Shown here: in pieces, positions 48,013 to 56,304 of the stretch
How positions within the stretch are numbered: the stretch's first letter is position 1
Layout of the letters: each line of letters starts with the position of its first letter
Source of the DNA: a virus
Lineage: Duplodnaviria; Caudoviricetes
Direction: 5' to 3' (one strand)
Length of the DNA stretch: 63,572 nt
Virus record (IMG/VR): IMGVR_UViG_3300009788_000107
Location: 1 to 63,572 of that record
The notes under the pieces: generated by a model
Told to the model about the DNA's origin: nothing
Database searches by the model: none
Seen by the model: only the letters and a program-made list of their open reading frames with translations
Translations under genes and position numbers: made by a program

Positions 48013-48468
48013 TTAGGTCTCTCTACAGTGTTGAACCCTCCAGATTTGGATCTGTCGAAGAACCCGAAGTTCGTCGGGGTCGTACGTCTCCGACAAGTCC
48101 TGAAGAATCATCACGCCGACGAATAGCTCGTTCGGGGACACACCGAGATCTCCGGTGAATCCCGAGAACCCTCCGGCGTCCGAGCGCGCCGAGAGAATCG
48201 CGCCGACCGTTTGAACCTCGATCAACGGGTTTCCGTTCGGAGCCTGTTCCTCGCTCGACGCGACCTCGATCTGATACTGCGACGTGATCAGGCCGAAGTC
48301 GCCCGAGTGTGAATACTCGCGATCGACCTCGCTGATCTTGTTCACGCGGATCGCCGGGTACGTCGGCGTCTGCGGATACTTCATCGCATACATGCGCGTT
48401 CCGACGAGCGCGGTCAGCGGCGCGAGCGTCTGAGCGTGATCGCGGAAGGCTTGATAGAAGTTACTCAT
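48013..48468 (-). CDS. tail terminator/completion protein
   Basis: LTALVGTRMY...PQ.P.YPAI...QIEV. Confidence 0.75.
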   Translation of the reverse strand: MSNFYQAFRDHAQTLAPLTALVGTRMYAMKYPQTPTYPAIRVNKISEVDREYSHSGDFGLITSQYQIEVASSEEQAPNGNPLIEVQTVGAILSARSDAGGFSGFTGDLGVSPNELFVGVMILQDLSETYDPDELRVLRQIQIWRVQHCRET

Positions 48469-48908
48469 ACCGGGACCGCTCCCGTCGATCGAATCACCGA
48501 TCGGATCTCGAACCACATCTCATCCCCGAAGATCTGGAGCGCTTCCTTCGTCTTCGCGTTCAGCGCCGCAGTCGCGAACGGTTGCGGTCCGTGGTGAATC
48601 GTTCCGCGCTCTTGGAACAGACCGTGGAACGCGCCCTTCCCTGGACCGACCGCGACCGTCGCGTCGGTCGACCCTCGACGAGCGCGGACCGTGGAGATCG
48701 TCATACTCCCCGCCAGGCGAACGCGTCCCTCGCGGAGCGGCTCTCTCCCCCGAGGCGCGTTCCGTCCCATCTGATCGCGGATCGGTTCGGCGGCGAGCTT
48801 CAGTGCCTCGATCTGTTTCTTCCGCGCTGTCGCCAGCGGGAGGCGCGCCAGGTTCTCCGCGAGACCCTTGACGCCTTCGACCCGAAGTCCTCGCACTACG
48901 AATGCCAT
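48465..48908 (-). CDS. HK97 gp10-like neck protein
   Basis: VEGVKGLAENL...NAPR...FQERGT.H..PQPF..AA. Confidence 0.85.
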   Translation of the reverse strand: MAFVVRGLRVEGVKGLAENLARLPLATARKKQIEALKLAAEPIRDQMGRNAPRGREPLREGRVRLAGSMTISTVRARRGSTDATVAVGPGKGAFHGLFQERGTIHHGPQPFATAALNAKTKEALQIFGDEMWFEIRSVIRSTGAVPV

Positions 48909-48913
48909 TCCCG

Positions 48914-49294
48914 CTACGCCTCGATCCTTCCCTTCGCGATCGTCTCGATCTCGATCCCGTGTCTCATGCTCCACATTTCGATCGGCGCTACTCGAACGAT
49001 GTCATAGATCCTTGACCGATGAACGATCCGGAACTCCTTCTGGACGTCAATCAGATCGGGGTCGAGATCCTCTCGGTACCACGTTTGCCACATTGTATCG
49101 AAGGGCGATGAGAGCTGGCCCGCCGAAAACCGTTCGTCGCCGCGAAGATCGACCTTCCGCGCCATCACGTCGAACGAGTCGACCCAGACGTCGGTAGGGA
49201 ACCCGCCGCTCCCCGTGACGCTCGTCTGTGTTTGAAACGTGATCACCCTGTTGAGTTCTCCAGGGTTGATTGGTTTCAGTCTCATCTTCGCCAT
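48914..49294 (-). CDS. head closure (stopper) protein
   Basis: PGELNRVITFQ......GG....W...GDERF...RIYDI. Confidence 0.85.
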   Translation of the reverse strand: MAKMRLKPINPGELNRVITFQTQTSVTGSGGFPTDVWVDSFDVMARKVDLRGDERFSAGQLSSPFDTMWQTWYREDLDPDLIDVQKEFRIVHRSRIYDIVRVAPIEMWSMRHGIEIETIAKGRIEA

Positions 49295-49307
49295 AGTGAT
49301 CGCCTCT

Positions 49308-49934
49308 CTAGTGGAGCTTGTACCTCCACCAGAGATTCTCCGCGCTGATCACGGCCGGGTGTTGGAAGACGTCCTGAAGCGATTGCTTCCGCTGAACGTA
49401 TAGCTCGCCGATAATCAGTTTCATTCCGTGTTTGATCGTAGCCGGGACCGCCTTCCCGTTGTCGCCGTACCCACACTTGAACGTGACCTTCACAGCGTCC
49501 TGTTCGCCGCGAACGGTCGGCCAGGTGAGACCCCAGGCCGGACGGATTCGCGCTCGTGGCGGTCGGATCGCGTTGCTATTGGCGGTCGTCTGGCCGGAGA
49601 CCTTGTACTCTGCCGCCGCCCAGGTGACGAGCGCCCCGGTCGTGTCGATATATTCGATCGTCGTGATCGACTGGAGCGGCGGAAGCGGGACGGTGATCTG
49701 GTGTCGAGGGAAGCGGTCGAGGAACAGTACCCAGTCCTGAGTAATCAGCGGCCGACGAAGGAACCCCTCCGCGTGTTCTCGCGCCACTTTGATCAGGCCT
49801 TGAAAGTACGCGTGTTCGTCGGCGTCCGAGATCAGGCGAACGTGTTCGTCGCGAGCCTCGTCGACCTCCATTGGCTCGGCGGTCGGTTCGGTGAGTTGCT
49901 CGAGTCTCCAGGGCACGTCCCCGTTTATTCTCAT
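49308..49934 (-). CDS. head-tail connector (adaptor) protein
   Basis: PTAEP...AREHAE..LRRPLITQ.W...PLPPLQSI...VKVTFKCGYG....VPATIK. Confidence 0.88.
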   Translation of the reverse strand: MRINGDVPWRLEQLTEPTAEPMEVDEARDEHVRLISDADEHAYFQGLIKVAREHAEGFLRRPLITQDWVLFLDRFPRHQITVPLPPLQSITTIEYIDTTGALVTWAAAEYKVSGQTTANSNAIRPPRARIRPAWGLTWPTVRGEQDAVKVTFKCGYGDNGKAVPATIKHGMKLIIGELYVQRKQSLQDVFQHPAVISAENLWWRYKLH

Positions 49935-50872
49935 GAGCTGTCCCCTTCGATAGGAGTCGGACCAGGTGGACCTCCTGGTGTCTCAGACGTCGTCGAGCGC
50001 TCCGCGACCGCGCCGCCTGGCGGTTGTCGAGGCCGTCTCGGTTTCTTTACCTGGCGCGGGACCGGCGCGCCTGGCGCGTCTCCGGCGACCAGGTGTCGGA
50101 ACTCGGCGACGACCTGGTCGGGCGAAATCCCCGTCATGGCTTTGTAACAGTGATCGCAGTCAAGCCACGATCCGCACGGCGTACCGGGGAGGTCCGAGAC
50201 GATATTGAAATGGTTCGGATACCCCAGGTGTTCGGCGCTCGTACACCCGCCGAAGATCACGACGGCCGGAACGCCGAGCGCGGCGGCGGCGTGATGATAG
50301 CCGCCGTCAGATCCGAGGAGACCCTTCGACGCGGCGATGAATCCGCAGGCCGTCCGAAAGTCGCACTCGATCGACTCGACGCCTTTCATCGGCCGCTGTT
50401 TCGAGTACGTGAGCTGAACGAGCTTCACGTCGTCGCGGAGCTGGCGAGCGACTTCCATGTACTGTCCCCACGGCCAGCGCCGATTGTTCGAGGCGTTAAA
50501 CTTCGTGTTCGGCTCGAACACGTAGAAGTCCCCGCTCTCCGCAAGGTCACGTCCCGGTTGCGCGTACGGTTCGATCGACAGCTCGCCGACGTGGTCTTGC
50601 GCTTTCCAGTCCGCCCACCGCCAGCCGGTTTTTCGCGTGAAGGGATACTGAATATACGGCCGACAGTTCGGACCGTTCCTCACGCGGACATACTTCACGC
50701 CGCGCTCCTGGTCCCCAGGCTGGAGGATGTACGAGAGACCTTCCCACAGCTCATGATACCGAATGGTCGAGCGCTCTCCACAGAGCGCGATCTTCATCGT
50801 CGAATCCGCGAGCTTCGCGTGTTCGTCCCTCGCGTGTCCCGACGCCATGATCTCATCGCCATATCCCATCAT
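49931..50872 (-). CDS. glycosyltransferase family 9 (heptosyltransferase-like)
   Basis: GYGDEIMA...RRWP...GSDGGYHHAAAALGVPAVVIFG...PCG....C..C..AM..I.P.QV. Confidence 0.85.
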   Translation of the reverse strand: MMGYGDEIMASGHARDEHAKLADSTMKIALCGERSTIRYHELWEGLSYILQPGDQERGVKYVRVRNGPNCRPYIQYPFTRKTGWRWADWKAQDHVGELSIEPYAQPGRDLAESGDFYVFEPNTKFNASNNRRWPWGQYMEVARQLRDDVKLVQLTYSKQRPMKGVESIECDFRTACGFIAASKGLLGSDGGYHHAAAALGVPAVVIFGGCTSAEHLGYPNHFNIVSDLPGTPCGSWLDCDHCYKAMTGISPDQVVAEFRHLVAGDAPGAPVPRQVKKPRRPRQPPGGAVAERSTTSETPGGPPGPTPIEGDSS

Positions 50873-50892
50873 TCGTTCTCCTCGTTCGTCCG

Positions 50893-51573
50893 TTACCACT
50901 TCATCAGATAGTCGCCGCTCATCACTGAGACCTTCCGAGCGCCGAGGCCTTCGAGGAACGTGACCGCGTCGGTCGTACCGATTCCGTAGCGGTCCGCGTG
51001 TCCTGGTTTCTGTTCGACGAGAACGACCGGCCGCTCGCGCTGAAGCGTCTCCGTCGCGCCTTCGAGAACGAACCGTTCGTATCCCTCACAGTCGATCTTG
51101 AGGAACCCGATCCCCGTAAGCTCGAAGCTGTCGAGCGTCTTCACGTCGACGGCGTCGCCCTGGTTCCCGTTCGCGTTCGGGTCGACGTACGTGTGTCCGG
51201 AGCTTCCCGCGTGTCGCTTCATCACCGCGACCCCGCCGTCGTGAGGCCCGAGCGCGACCTCGAAGAGACACGGCGTCGCGACGCGCTTCGGGTTCAGCTC
51301 CGGCGCGAGGTTCGCTTTCCAGCATTCGCGATGCTCCGCGATCGGCTCGAAACAAAACACGTTCTCCTGAAAGAACTTCACGAGCTGGATCGTCCACAGG
51401 CCGACGTGAGACCCGACGTCGATCGCGTTCCTCCGGTTCGTGATATGTCCCTGAGCCGCCGTCCACTTCTGGAACTGGTACGCGCCGCGCCCGTCGACCT
51501 TCGGCATGCGCTCGATCATGTCGACCAAGTGAACCTCGCCGTCCGGTAAGTAGATCCCGCGACATTCGATCAC
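50893..51573 (-). CDS. FkbM-family SAM-dependent methyltransferase
   Basis: AIDVGSHVGLW...CFEP...VALG...TLDSF....FLKIDCEGYE..VL.GA..TL...RPVVLVE. Confidence 0.9.
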   Translation of the reverse strand: MIECRGIYLPDGEVHLVDMIERMPKVDGRGAYQFQKWTAAQGHITNRRNAIDVGSHVGLWTIQLVKFFQENVFCFEPIAEHRECWKANLAPELNPKRVATPCLFEVALGPHDGGVAVMKRHAGSSGHTYVDPNANGNQGDAVDVKTLDSFELTGIGFLKIDCEGYERFVLEGATETLQRERPVVLVEQKPGHADRYGIGTTDAVTFLEGLGARKVSVMSGDYLMKW

Positions 51574-51923
51574 GACGGCCCCCCGTTGATCTTCGCGATG
51601 AGCGCGGCGCGCTGGTCGTTCAGGACTTGGATCCCGAGCGCGACGTCGAGAACTTCCCGTTCGTCCAGCTCCAGCGGTTTCGTCGCGGCGCGGAACGCAC
51701 GTATCCGATCCTCGAAGGCCCACAGCTCCCCGTTGATCGCGGCGAGCGCGAGATAGTCCTCGAACTGAAACGCCGAGTCTCGAAGCGCCTCCGCGATCGC
51801 CAGGATGAGCTGACCGCGCTCCTCAAGATAGGCGGCGGTCGACTTGTGAAAGAGCTTCAGCGTGATCACCGACAGCCGGTCGGCCAGCTCGCCGGGTCCA
51901 GGGTTCAGGAGTCGACCGGCCAT
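51570..51923 (-). CDS. DUF6165-like helical protein
   Basis: GELADRLSVITLK...LAAINGELWAFEDRIR...LNDQRAALIAKIN. Confidence 0.7.
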   Translation of the reverse strand: MAGRLLNPGPGELADRLSVITLKLFHKSTAAYLEERGQLILAIAEALRDSAFQFEDYLALAAINGELWAFEDRIRAFRAATKPLELDEREVLDVALGIQVLNDQRAALIAKINGGPS

Positions 51924-52666
51924 CAGTACGCGATCTCCTCGACCTGGTCGGCGACGGCGTGAAACTCGTCGACGAGCCAGCGGTCGGTTTGGCGGAACTC
52001 GCCGGTCCGAGGCGAACCGAGGGTGAAGTGAGCGATCGCGACGTCGTCGGTCGGTTCACTCACGCCGATCAGATAGTTCCAGCGGAACGGAAGCGAGCCG
52101 ATGAGGTTGTCGTCGGCGAGCCAGCCGAACCCGTGAAGCGTCCGACCCGGCCAGGTGTTCACGACCGGCCGCGAGAGACACCGGTTCGCCGGGTGTCCGC
52201 AGTTGATCAGCATCACGCTCGACCAGTTCTTTCGAGCGTAGTAGCTCTGAGCATGCCCGCCCTTCTTCCGGTCGACGCCGTGATCGTGAATATGCGGAAC
52301 ACACATGATCGCGTATCGGTCGTCGGCCAGGGTGAACAGCTCGGCCAGGTCACGGCGAAACAACACGTCTTGATCCGCGAAAAACGCCCATCCCTGGAAG
52401 TCGCAGAGGAGAGGAATCAGGAACCGTGAGATCGCGAACCCGGTCGACATAGGCGCGTCGCTGATCTCGTCGAACAGCGCGGTCGGTCCGCCTGGAATGT
52501 CCGGCTCGACGACTCGCGTCGGCCGCGTGTAGAGTCCTCGGCGTTGCATGTCCGCCAGCTCGATCGGTTCGATCGTCGGCGCGTTCGGGGACGTGTCCTG
52601 AATCGAGCGAACCGCGACGTCGAAGTCGAGCTGTTCGCCTGTGTCGTGTCCAATAAAGAGTCTCAT
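51923..52666 (-). CDS. GT-A glycosyltransferase (GT8/CDI-like)
   Basis: LFIGHD...STGFAISRFLIPLLCDFQGWAFFADQD (DxD)...RKNWSSVMLINC...WNYL...HFTLGSP. Confidence 0.85.
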   Translation of the reverse strand: MRLFIGHDTGEQLDFDVAVRSIQDTSPNAPTIEPIELADMQRRGLYTRPTRVVEPDIPGGPTALFDEISDAPMSTGFAISRFLIPLLCDFQGWAFFADQDVLFRRDLAELFTLADDRYAIMCVPHIHDHGVDRKKGGHAQSYYARKNWSSVMLINCGHPANRCLSRPVVNTWPGRTLHGFGWLADDNLIGSLPFRWNYLIGVSEPTDDVAIAHFTLGSPRTGEFRQTDRWLVDEFHAVADQVEEIAY

Positions 52667-52669
52667 CCG

Positions 52670-53509
52670 TCAGTGTCCCCCAATCTTCCGCCAGGTCGTC
52701 CCGTTCCGGATCTCGCTGAGCGTCCACTGTTGCGACGCGAGCTGGATCATGAGGCGCTCCCGATGTTGCGGGTACATCGGATCCTCGATACGGCTGAGAT
52801 CGTGAAGGCTCAGGTCGTGAGCCGCCGACTCCTCCGACAGGGTGAAGCTCGGCACGCCTTGGATCAGCGCGTCGAGCGCGGAGGCGCTGGAGTACGTGAC
52901 ACAGGCCCAACAGTCCGCTAGATGATGCTCGATCGGATGCTGGTCCCGGTCGTTGAGACTCCAGGGTTTCCAGCGAATCCGAATCGGTCGGTCGGTGTGT
53001 TCCTGAAGTTCCGCGACCACGCGGCGCGTCCAGGCGTCGGCGCTCTCCTCGCCTCGAAGCTGAAAGTGAAGCGGCGAGTTCGGACAGACCAGAATGTGAT
53101 CCCCGTACATGCGCCACTCGCGGATCGTGCGGCGGTGAACGAGCCAGCGATCCATACAGCCGGGATCGGTCCCGTGATACTGGAAGTCGTTCCTCGTGAC
53201 GCGGAAGAACCGCTTCCGGCTGAAGTAGCCGTGATCGCCATAGTAGAAGGTCCGCCGCTGGTCCCGCGCCTTCTTCACGAGCGGAAAGATCCGAGGCGAC
53301 GGGAAGAGCGCGATCGGCGGCGGTCGCTCGCCGCGTCCTGCGTCCCCGAGGACGGCGTCGACGTCGAGCGGTCCGAGCTGTTCGCCCTCCGGAGGCGTGA
53401 GGTCGACGAGCTGAGCCGCCTCGTCCCTCAGGCCCGCCACGAACGCCGCGCCGAACTTCGGCGACGTCGGCGACCGACCCGAATCGACGAACGTGATCGG
53501 CAGGGTCAC
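52670..53509 (-). CDS. GT-B glycosyltransferase-like (KpsS/capsule-synthesis-like)
   Basis: YGDHGYF...HILVCP...TDRPIRIRWKP...LADCWACVTYSSASALDALIQGVP. Confidence 0.7.
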   Translation of the reverse strand: MTLPITFVDSGRSPTSPKFGAAFVAGLRDEAAQLVDLTPPEGEQLGPLDVDAVLGDAGRGERPPPIALFPSPRIFPLVKKARDQRRTFYYGDHGYFSRKRFFRVTRNDFQYHGTDPGCMDRWLVHRRTIREWRMYGDHILVCPNSPLHFQLRGEESADAWTRRVVAELQEHTDRPIRIRWKPWSLNDRDQHPIEHHLADCWACVTYSSASALDALIQGVPSFTLSEESAAHDLSLHDLSRIEDPMYPQHRERLMIQLASQQWTLSEIRNGTTWRKIGGH

Positions 53510-54135
53510 GGAAGCGCCTCTTCGAGACTCATCTCGTCGAAACAGTGAAGCGCCGTCTCGCGGGTCGCGTTCACGACCGAGACGTTCAGCCGCTTGAGGT
53601 CGTCGAGCATCCCCTCGAACTCAGGGATGAACCGCTGCGTGATCGGCGCGGTGTTCCAGGGGTGACGACCGAAGAAGTGATGTTTGTTGTACGTGTGTTG
53701 CATGTCGTACCCCAGGAGGACGATCCGTGACCCTCCTAAGTGGACAGCGACATTCATCGCCTGGTATCCCGAGTTCTTCCCCGTCCGTACCATCGAAGGG
53801 TCGGTGTCGAGTCCTGTTGCCCCGCCGTTCGCGAGCTGTATCACGTCGGCGTACGGCCACTGATCCCGGCCGTAGTCTTTCGCCTTCGCGAGATCGTTCT
53901 TCGTCTGGACCATGCTGATCTTGAGACCAGCAAAGTCCGGAAGGCCTTTGTGGTACACCCACCACTTCGCGTCGTAGGCGTAACACGCATCGGCGAACGG
54001 AGCGAGTCGAACCGAGTCCTTCACGACCAAGACACGCGCTCGACCTCGGAGGTATTCACAATCCTCCGAGGTCAAGCTCGGTCCAGGTGCTACACAGACG
54101 ATCGTCGAACCCGGCCAGAGCCGGGGAACGATCAT
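53506..54135 (-). CDS. Maf/DUF115/sialyltransferase-like protein
   Basis: VCVAPGPSL...NSGYQAMNVAVHLG..RIVLLGYDM...HFFG.H...VVNAT..TAL.CF. Confidence 0.7.
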   Translation of the reverse strand: MIVPRLWPGSTIVCVAPGPSLTSEDCEYLRGRARVLVVKDSVRLAPFADACYAYDAKWWVYHKGLPDFAGLKISMVQTKNDLAKAKDYGRDQWPYADVIQLANGGATGLDTDPSMVRTGKNSGYQAMNVAVHLGGSRIVLLGYDMQHTYNKHHFFGRHPWNTAPITQRFIPEFEGMLDDLKRLNVSVVNATRETALHCFDEMSLEEALP

Positions 54136-54137
54136 CG

Positions 54138-54593
54138 CTAGGTGACGACTTCAGCAACGTCCGAGCTATCGGCTCCAGGCTGATAGCGCCGGTCGAACTG
54201 TTGCACGAGTGCGGAGACGTCCGACGTCGCCACAGCGACGGTAACCGTCAGCCGGAAGAAGTCGAACCCACCCTCGACGTCCAGCTCCTCGGTCGCCAGG
54301 TTGATCTGTGCGACCTTGCTCGCGTCGTTCGGTGAGTCGATATCCGTAAGCTGCGTGATCGCCTTCCCTGTGATGTCCTTCGCTCCAGCGCCGCCCGAGG
54401 TCGTCGCCTGTTCCAGCTTCGCGTCGATCGTCGCGTCCGTTCCGAGGACGCCGGTCTGAACCGTCGCGAGGTAGTTGTGAGCGTTCGCCGCGTTGATCCA
54501 CGCGGACGAAACTGCTCCCGCTGCGTGTGCGTCCGGATCGATCTTGCCAACGTACTTGGCTCGATCCGACGGTTTCACATTCACGTCGCCCAT
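54138..54593 (-). CDS. putative capsid decoration/cement protein
   Basis: 151 aa right after the capsid gene; TIDAKLEQAT..GG.GAKDITGKAITQLT motif. Confidence 0.65.
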   Translation of the reverse strand: MGDVNVKPSDRAKYVGKIDPDAHAAGAVSSAWINAANAHNYLATVQTGVLGTDATIDAKLEQATTSGGAGAKDITGKAITQLTDIDSPNDASKVAQINLATEELDVEGGFDFFRLTVTVAVATSDVSALVQQFDRRYQPGADSSDVAEVVT

Positions 54594-54633
54594 GTTGTTT
54601 TCTCCTTCGTATCTTCAGATGAACGAACCAGCT

Positions 54634-54649
54634 TCCCAGGTACCTAGAA
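54634..54649. promoter_or_regulatory. palindromic motif copy 3 (TCCCAGGTACCTAGAA)
   Basis: Intergenic, 3 bp past the capsid stop. Confidence 0.5.
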
Positions 54650-54652
54650 AAA

Positions 54653-56068
54653 CTAGGCGCGCTCAGCGAGAAGAACCATGTGGGACTTGTTGTCCCCCTT
54701 GTTTGCGACGATCGGCGTCGACAGGAACGGCTGTCCGGCCAGACGGAAGATCCAGCGGAATGCCTGGATGTTGTAATCGAAGAACAGATGAATCGACGTC
54801 GCGAACTGAAGGCCCGCGCTCGGTCCGCCCTTCACAGCCGCGTAGTATCCCGCGCTGTTGATGAGCTGGAGATCGCCGAGGTCGCCCAACGTCTCCGCGT
54901 GCTCCGACCACATGATCGGATAGCCGAGCAGCATCCCGCCTGGCGTGACGGTGAGGCCGGACGTCGGCGACGTCCAGATCGGCTGATCTCCGATCGTCAT
55001 GACAGCGATCTGGGGGAGCGTGTTCCGATTCGCGAGCCAGAAGATCCGAGCGGTGTCGGATCCATCCGTGTGGAGCGCCCCGAACATCTTGAGGACGTTC
55101 GCCGCTTCGATGGTGTCCGCCGCTTGGCTCCCCTCCTTCGCGATGGTGATGGTCCCCGGCGCATTGAACCAACCGAGCGGCTGTCCCGCGCCGGTCCCGG
55201 TGACGATCGCCTCGGACGCCTTGAACCGAATCGCCGCGCCTGCCTGTTGCGTCAGGCGGTTGTTCAGTCGCGGCGCGTCGGCGAGGAGTTCCTCGGTCGC
55301 CAGGACGAACGCGTACAGCTCGTGAAGGCGAACGGTCTCGCGCTTCGTCTCGAGCTGGCTTGGCGTCATCTGTGCCGACTCGGCTCTCCAGCGAGCCTGA
55401 ACGCCAGTCGCGCCCCAGGGCGTGTTCTCGTCCGCCTCGACCTCGACGGAGTTGGAGTTCGTCGGCTCCGGCTGAACCGCCTCCAACATTCCTCCCTCAG
55501 CGAAGATGAGCTGAAAGATTGTGTTCCGGATCTCAGGCGGAACCATGTACCCCTCGGTCGTGTGGCTCTCCTGATGGAAGTTCGTCGGCGCATCGACCCG
55601 CCGCTGATTCCCCTCCAGGTCGCCGTACGCGACAGGTCCGACCGGCTGAGGTCCGGTCCCCGACCACATACGGGTCAGGCGCTCGTCGAGACGCTGGCCC
55701 GCGTTCGGCCGACTGACGTCCCGAACGGCGACCGCGAAGTCCGCCATGTCCGTAAACCCACACATGGGATCATCTTCGCCCCGGTCATGAACCGAGATCA
55801 CTCCGGCCGATCGGTTCGCGGCAGCAGCGGCGGCGGCGTCCGGTCCCGGTCCCCCTGCGCCCGACGCGGCGAGGTCGCGGTCACGCTGAGCGGACCGCTC
55901 GAGGATTGCGATCTCGGATTGGATCTGAGAGATCGCCGCTTCGAGAACTTTGATCTCCTCGGTCTCTTCGGCGGTCATTAGCCGATCTTCGGTTTCGAGC
56001 GCGGCCGTGATTTCTCGGATTCGGCCTTGCTTCTCTCGAAGCTGGTTCTGAAGTCTTTTCAGTCTCAT
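54653..56068 (-). CDS. major capsid protein, HK97 fold with N-terminal scaffolding (delta) domain
   Basis: Coiled-coil N-terminus; EGYMVPPE; ATEELLADA; GTGAGQPLG; LLGYPI; SIHLFFDY..AFR. Start MRLKRL at 56068 with GGAGG RBS. Confidence 0.95.
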   Translation of the reverse strand: MRLKRLQNQLREKQGRIREITAALETEDRLMTAEETEEIKVLEAAISQIQSEIAILERSAQRDRDLAASGAGGPGPDAAAAAAANRSAGVISVHDRGEDDPMCGFTDMADFAVAVRDVSRPNAGQRLDERLTRMWSGTGPQPVGPVAYGDLEGNQRRVDAPTNFHQESHTTEGYMVPPEIRNTIFQLIFAEGGMLEAVQPEPTNSNSVEVEADENTPWGATGVQARWRAESAQMTPSQLETKRETVRLHELYAFVLATEELLADAPRLNNRLTQQAGAAIRFKASEAIVTGTGAGQPLGWFNAPGTITIAKEGSQAADTIEAANVLKMFGALHTDGSDTARIFWLANRNTLPQIAVMTIGDQPIWTSPTSGLTVTPGGMLLGYPIMWSEHAETLGDLGDLQLINSAGYYAAVKGGPSAGLQFATSIHLFFDYNIQAFRWIFRLAGQPFLSTPIVANKGDNKSHMVLLAERA

Positions 56069-56089
56069 TCCTCTGTCCTCCCTGTTGTG

Positions 56090-56116
56090 AGGCGCGTACA
56101 AAAGAAAAACGCGCCT
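56090..56116 (-). promoter_or_regulatory. hairpin upstream of capsid RBS
   Basis: AGGCGCGT / ACGCGCCT 8-bp stem with a U-rich loop on the coding strand. Confidence 0.55.
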
Positions 56117-56304
56117 GAACCGATCGAAAGAAACCCCGAGCCAGCCGAGGGACAGCCAGAGACCCCTCGAATGTCGGAACCACTCACGAACAGCTCAGCC
56201 GCGTTCATCGGAACCGGCCGCTCTGTGTTCACCGATCGTCCGCGCCGCTCATCGGAGGGAGCGAGGCGACCGGCCTGAATCGAATCTCATCGAGCGTATC
56301 ACAC

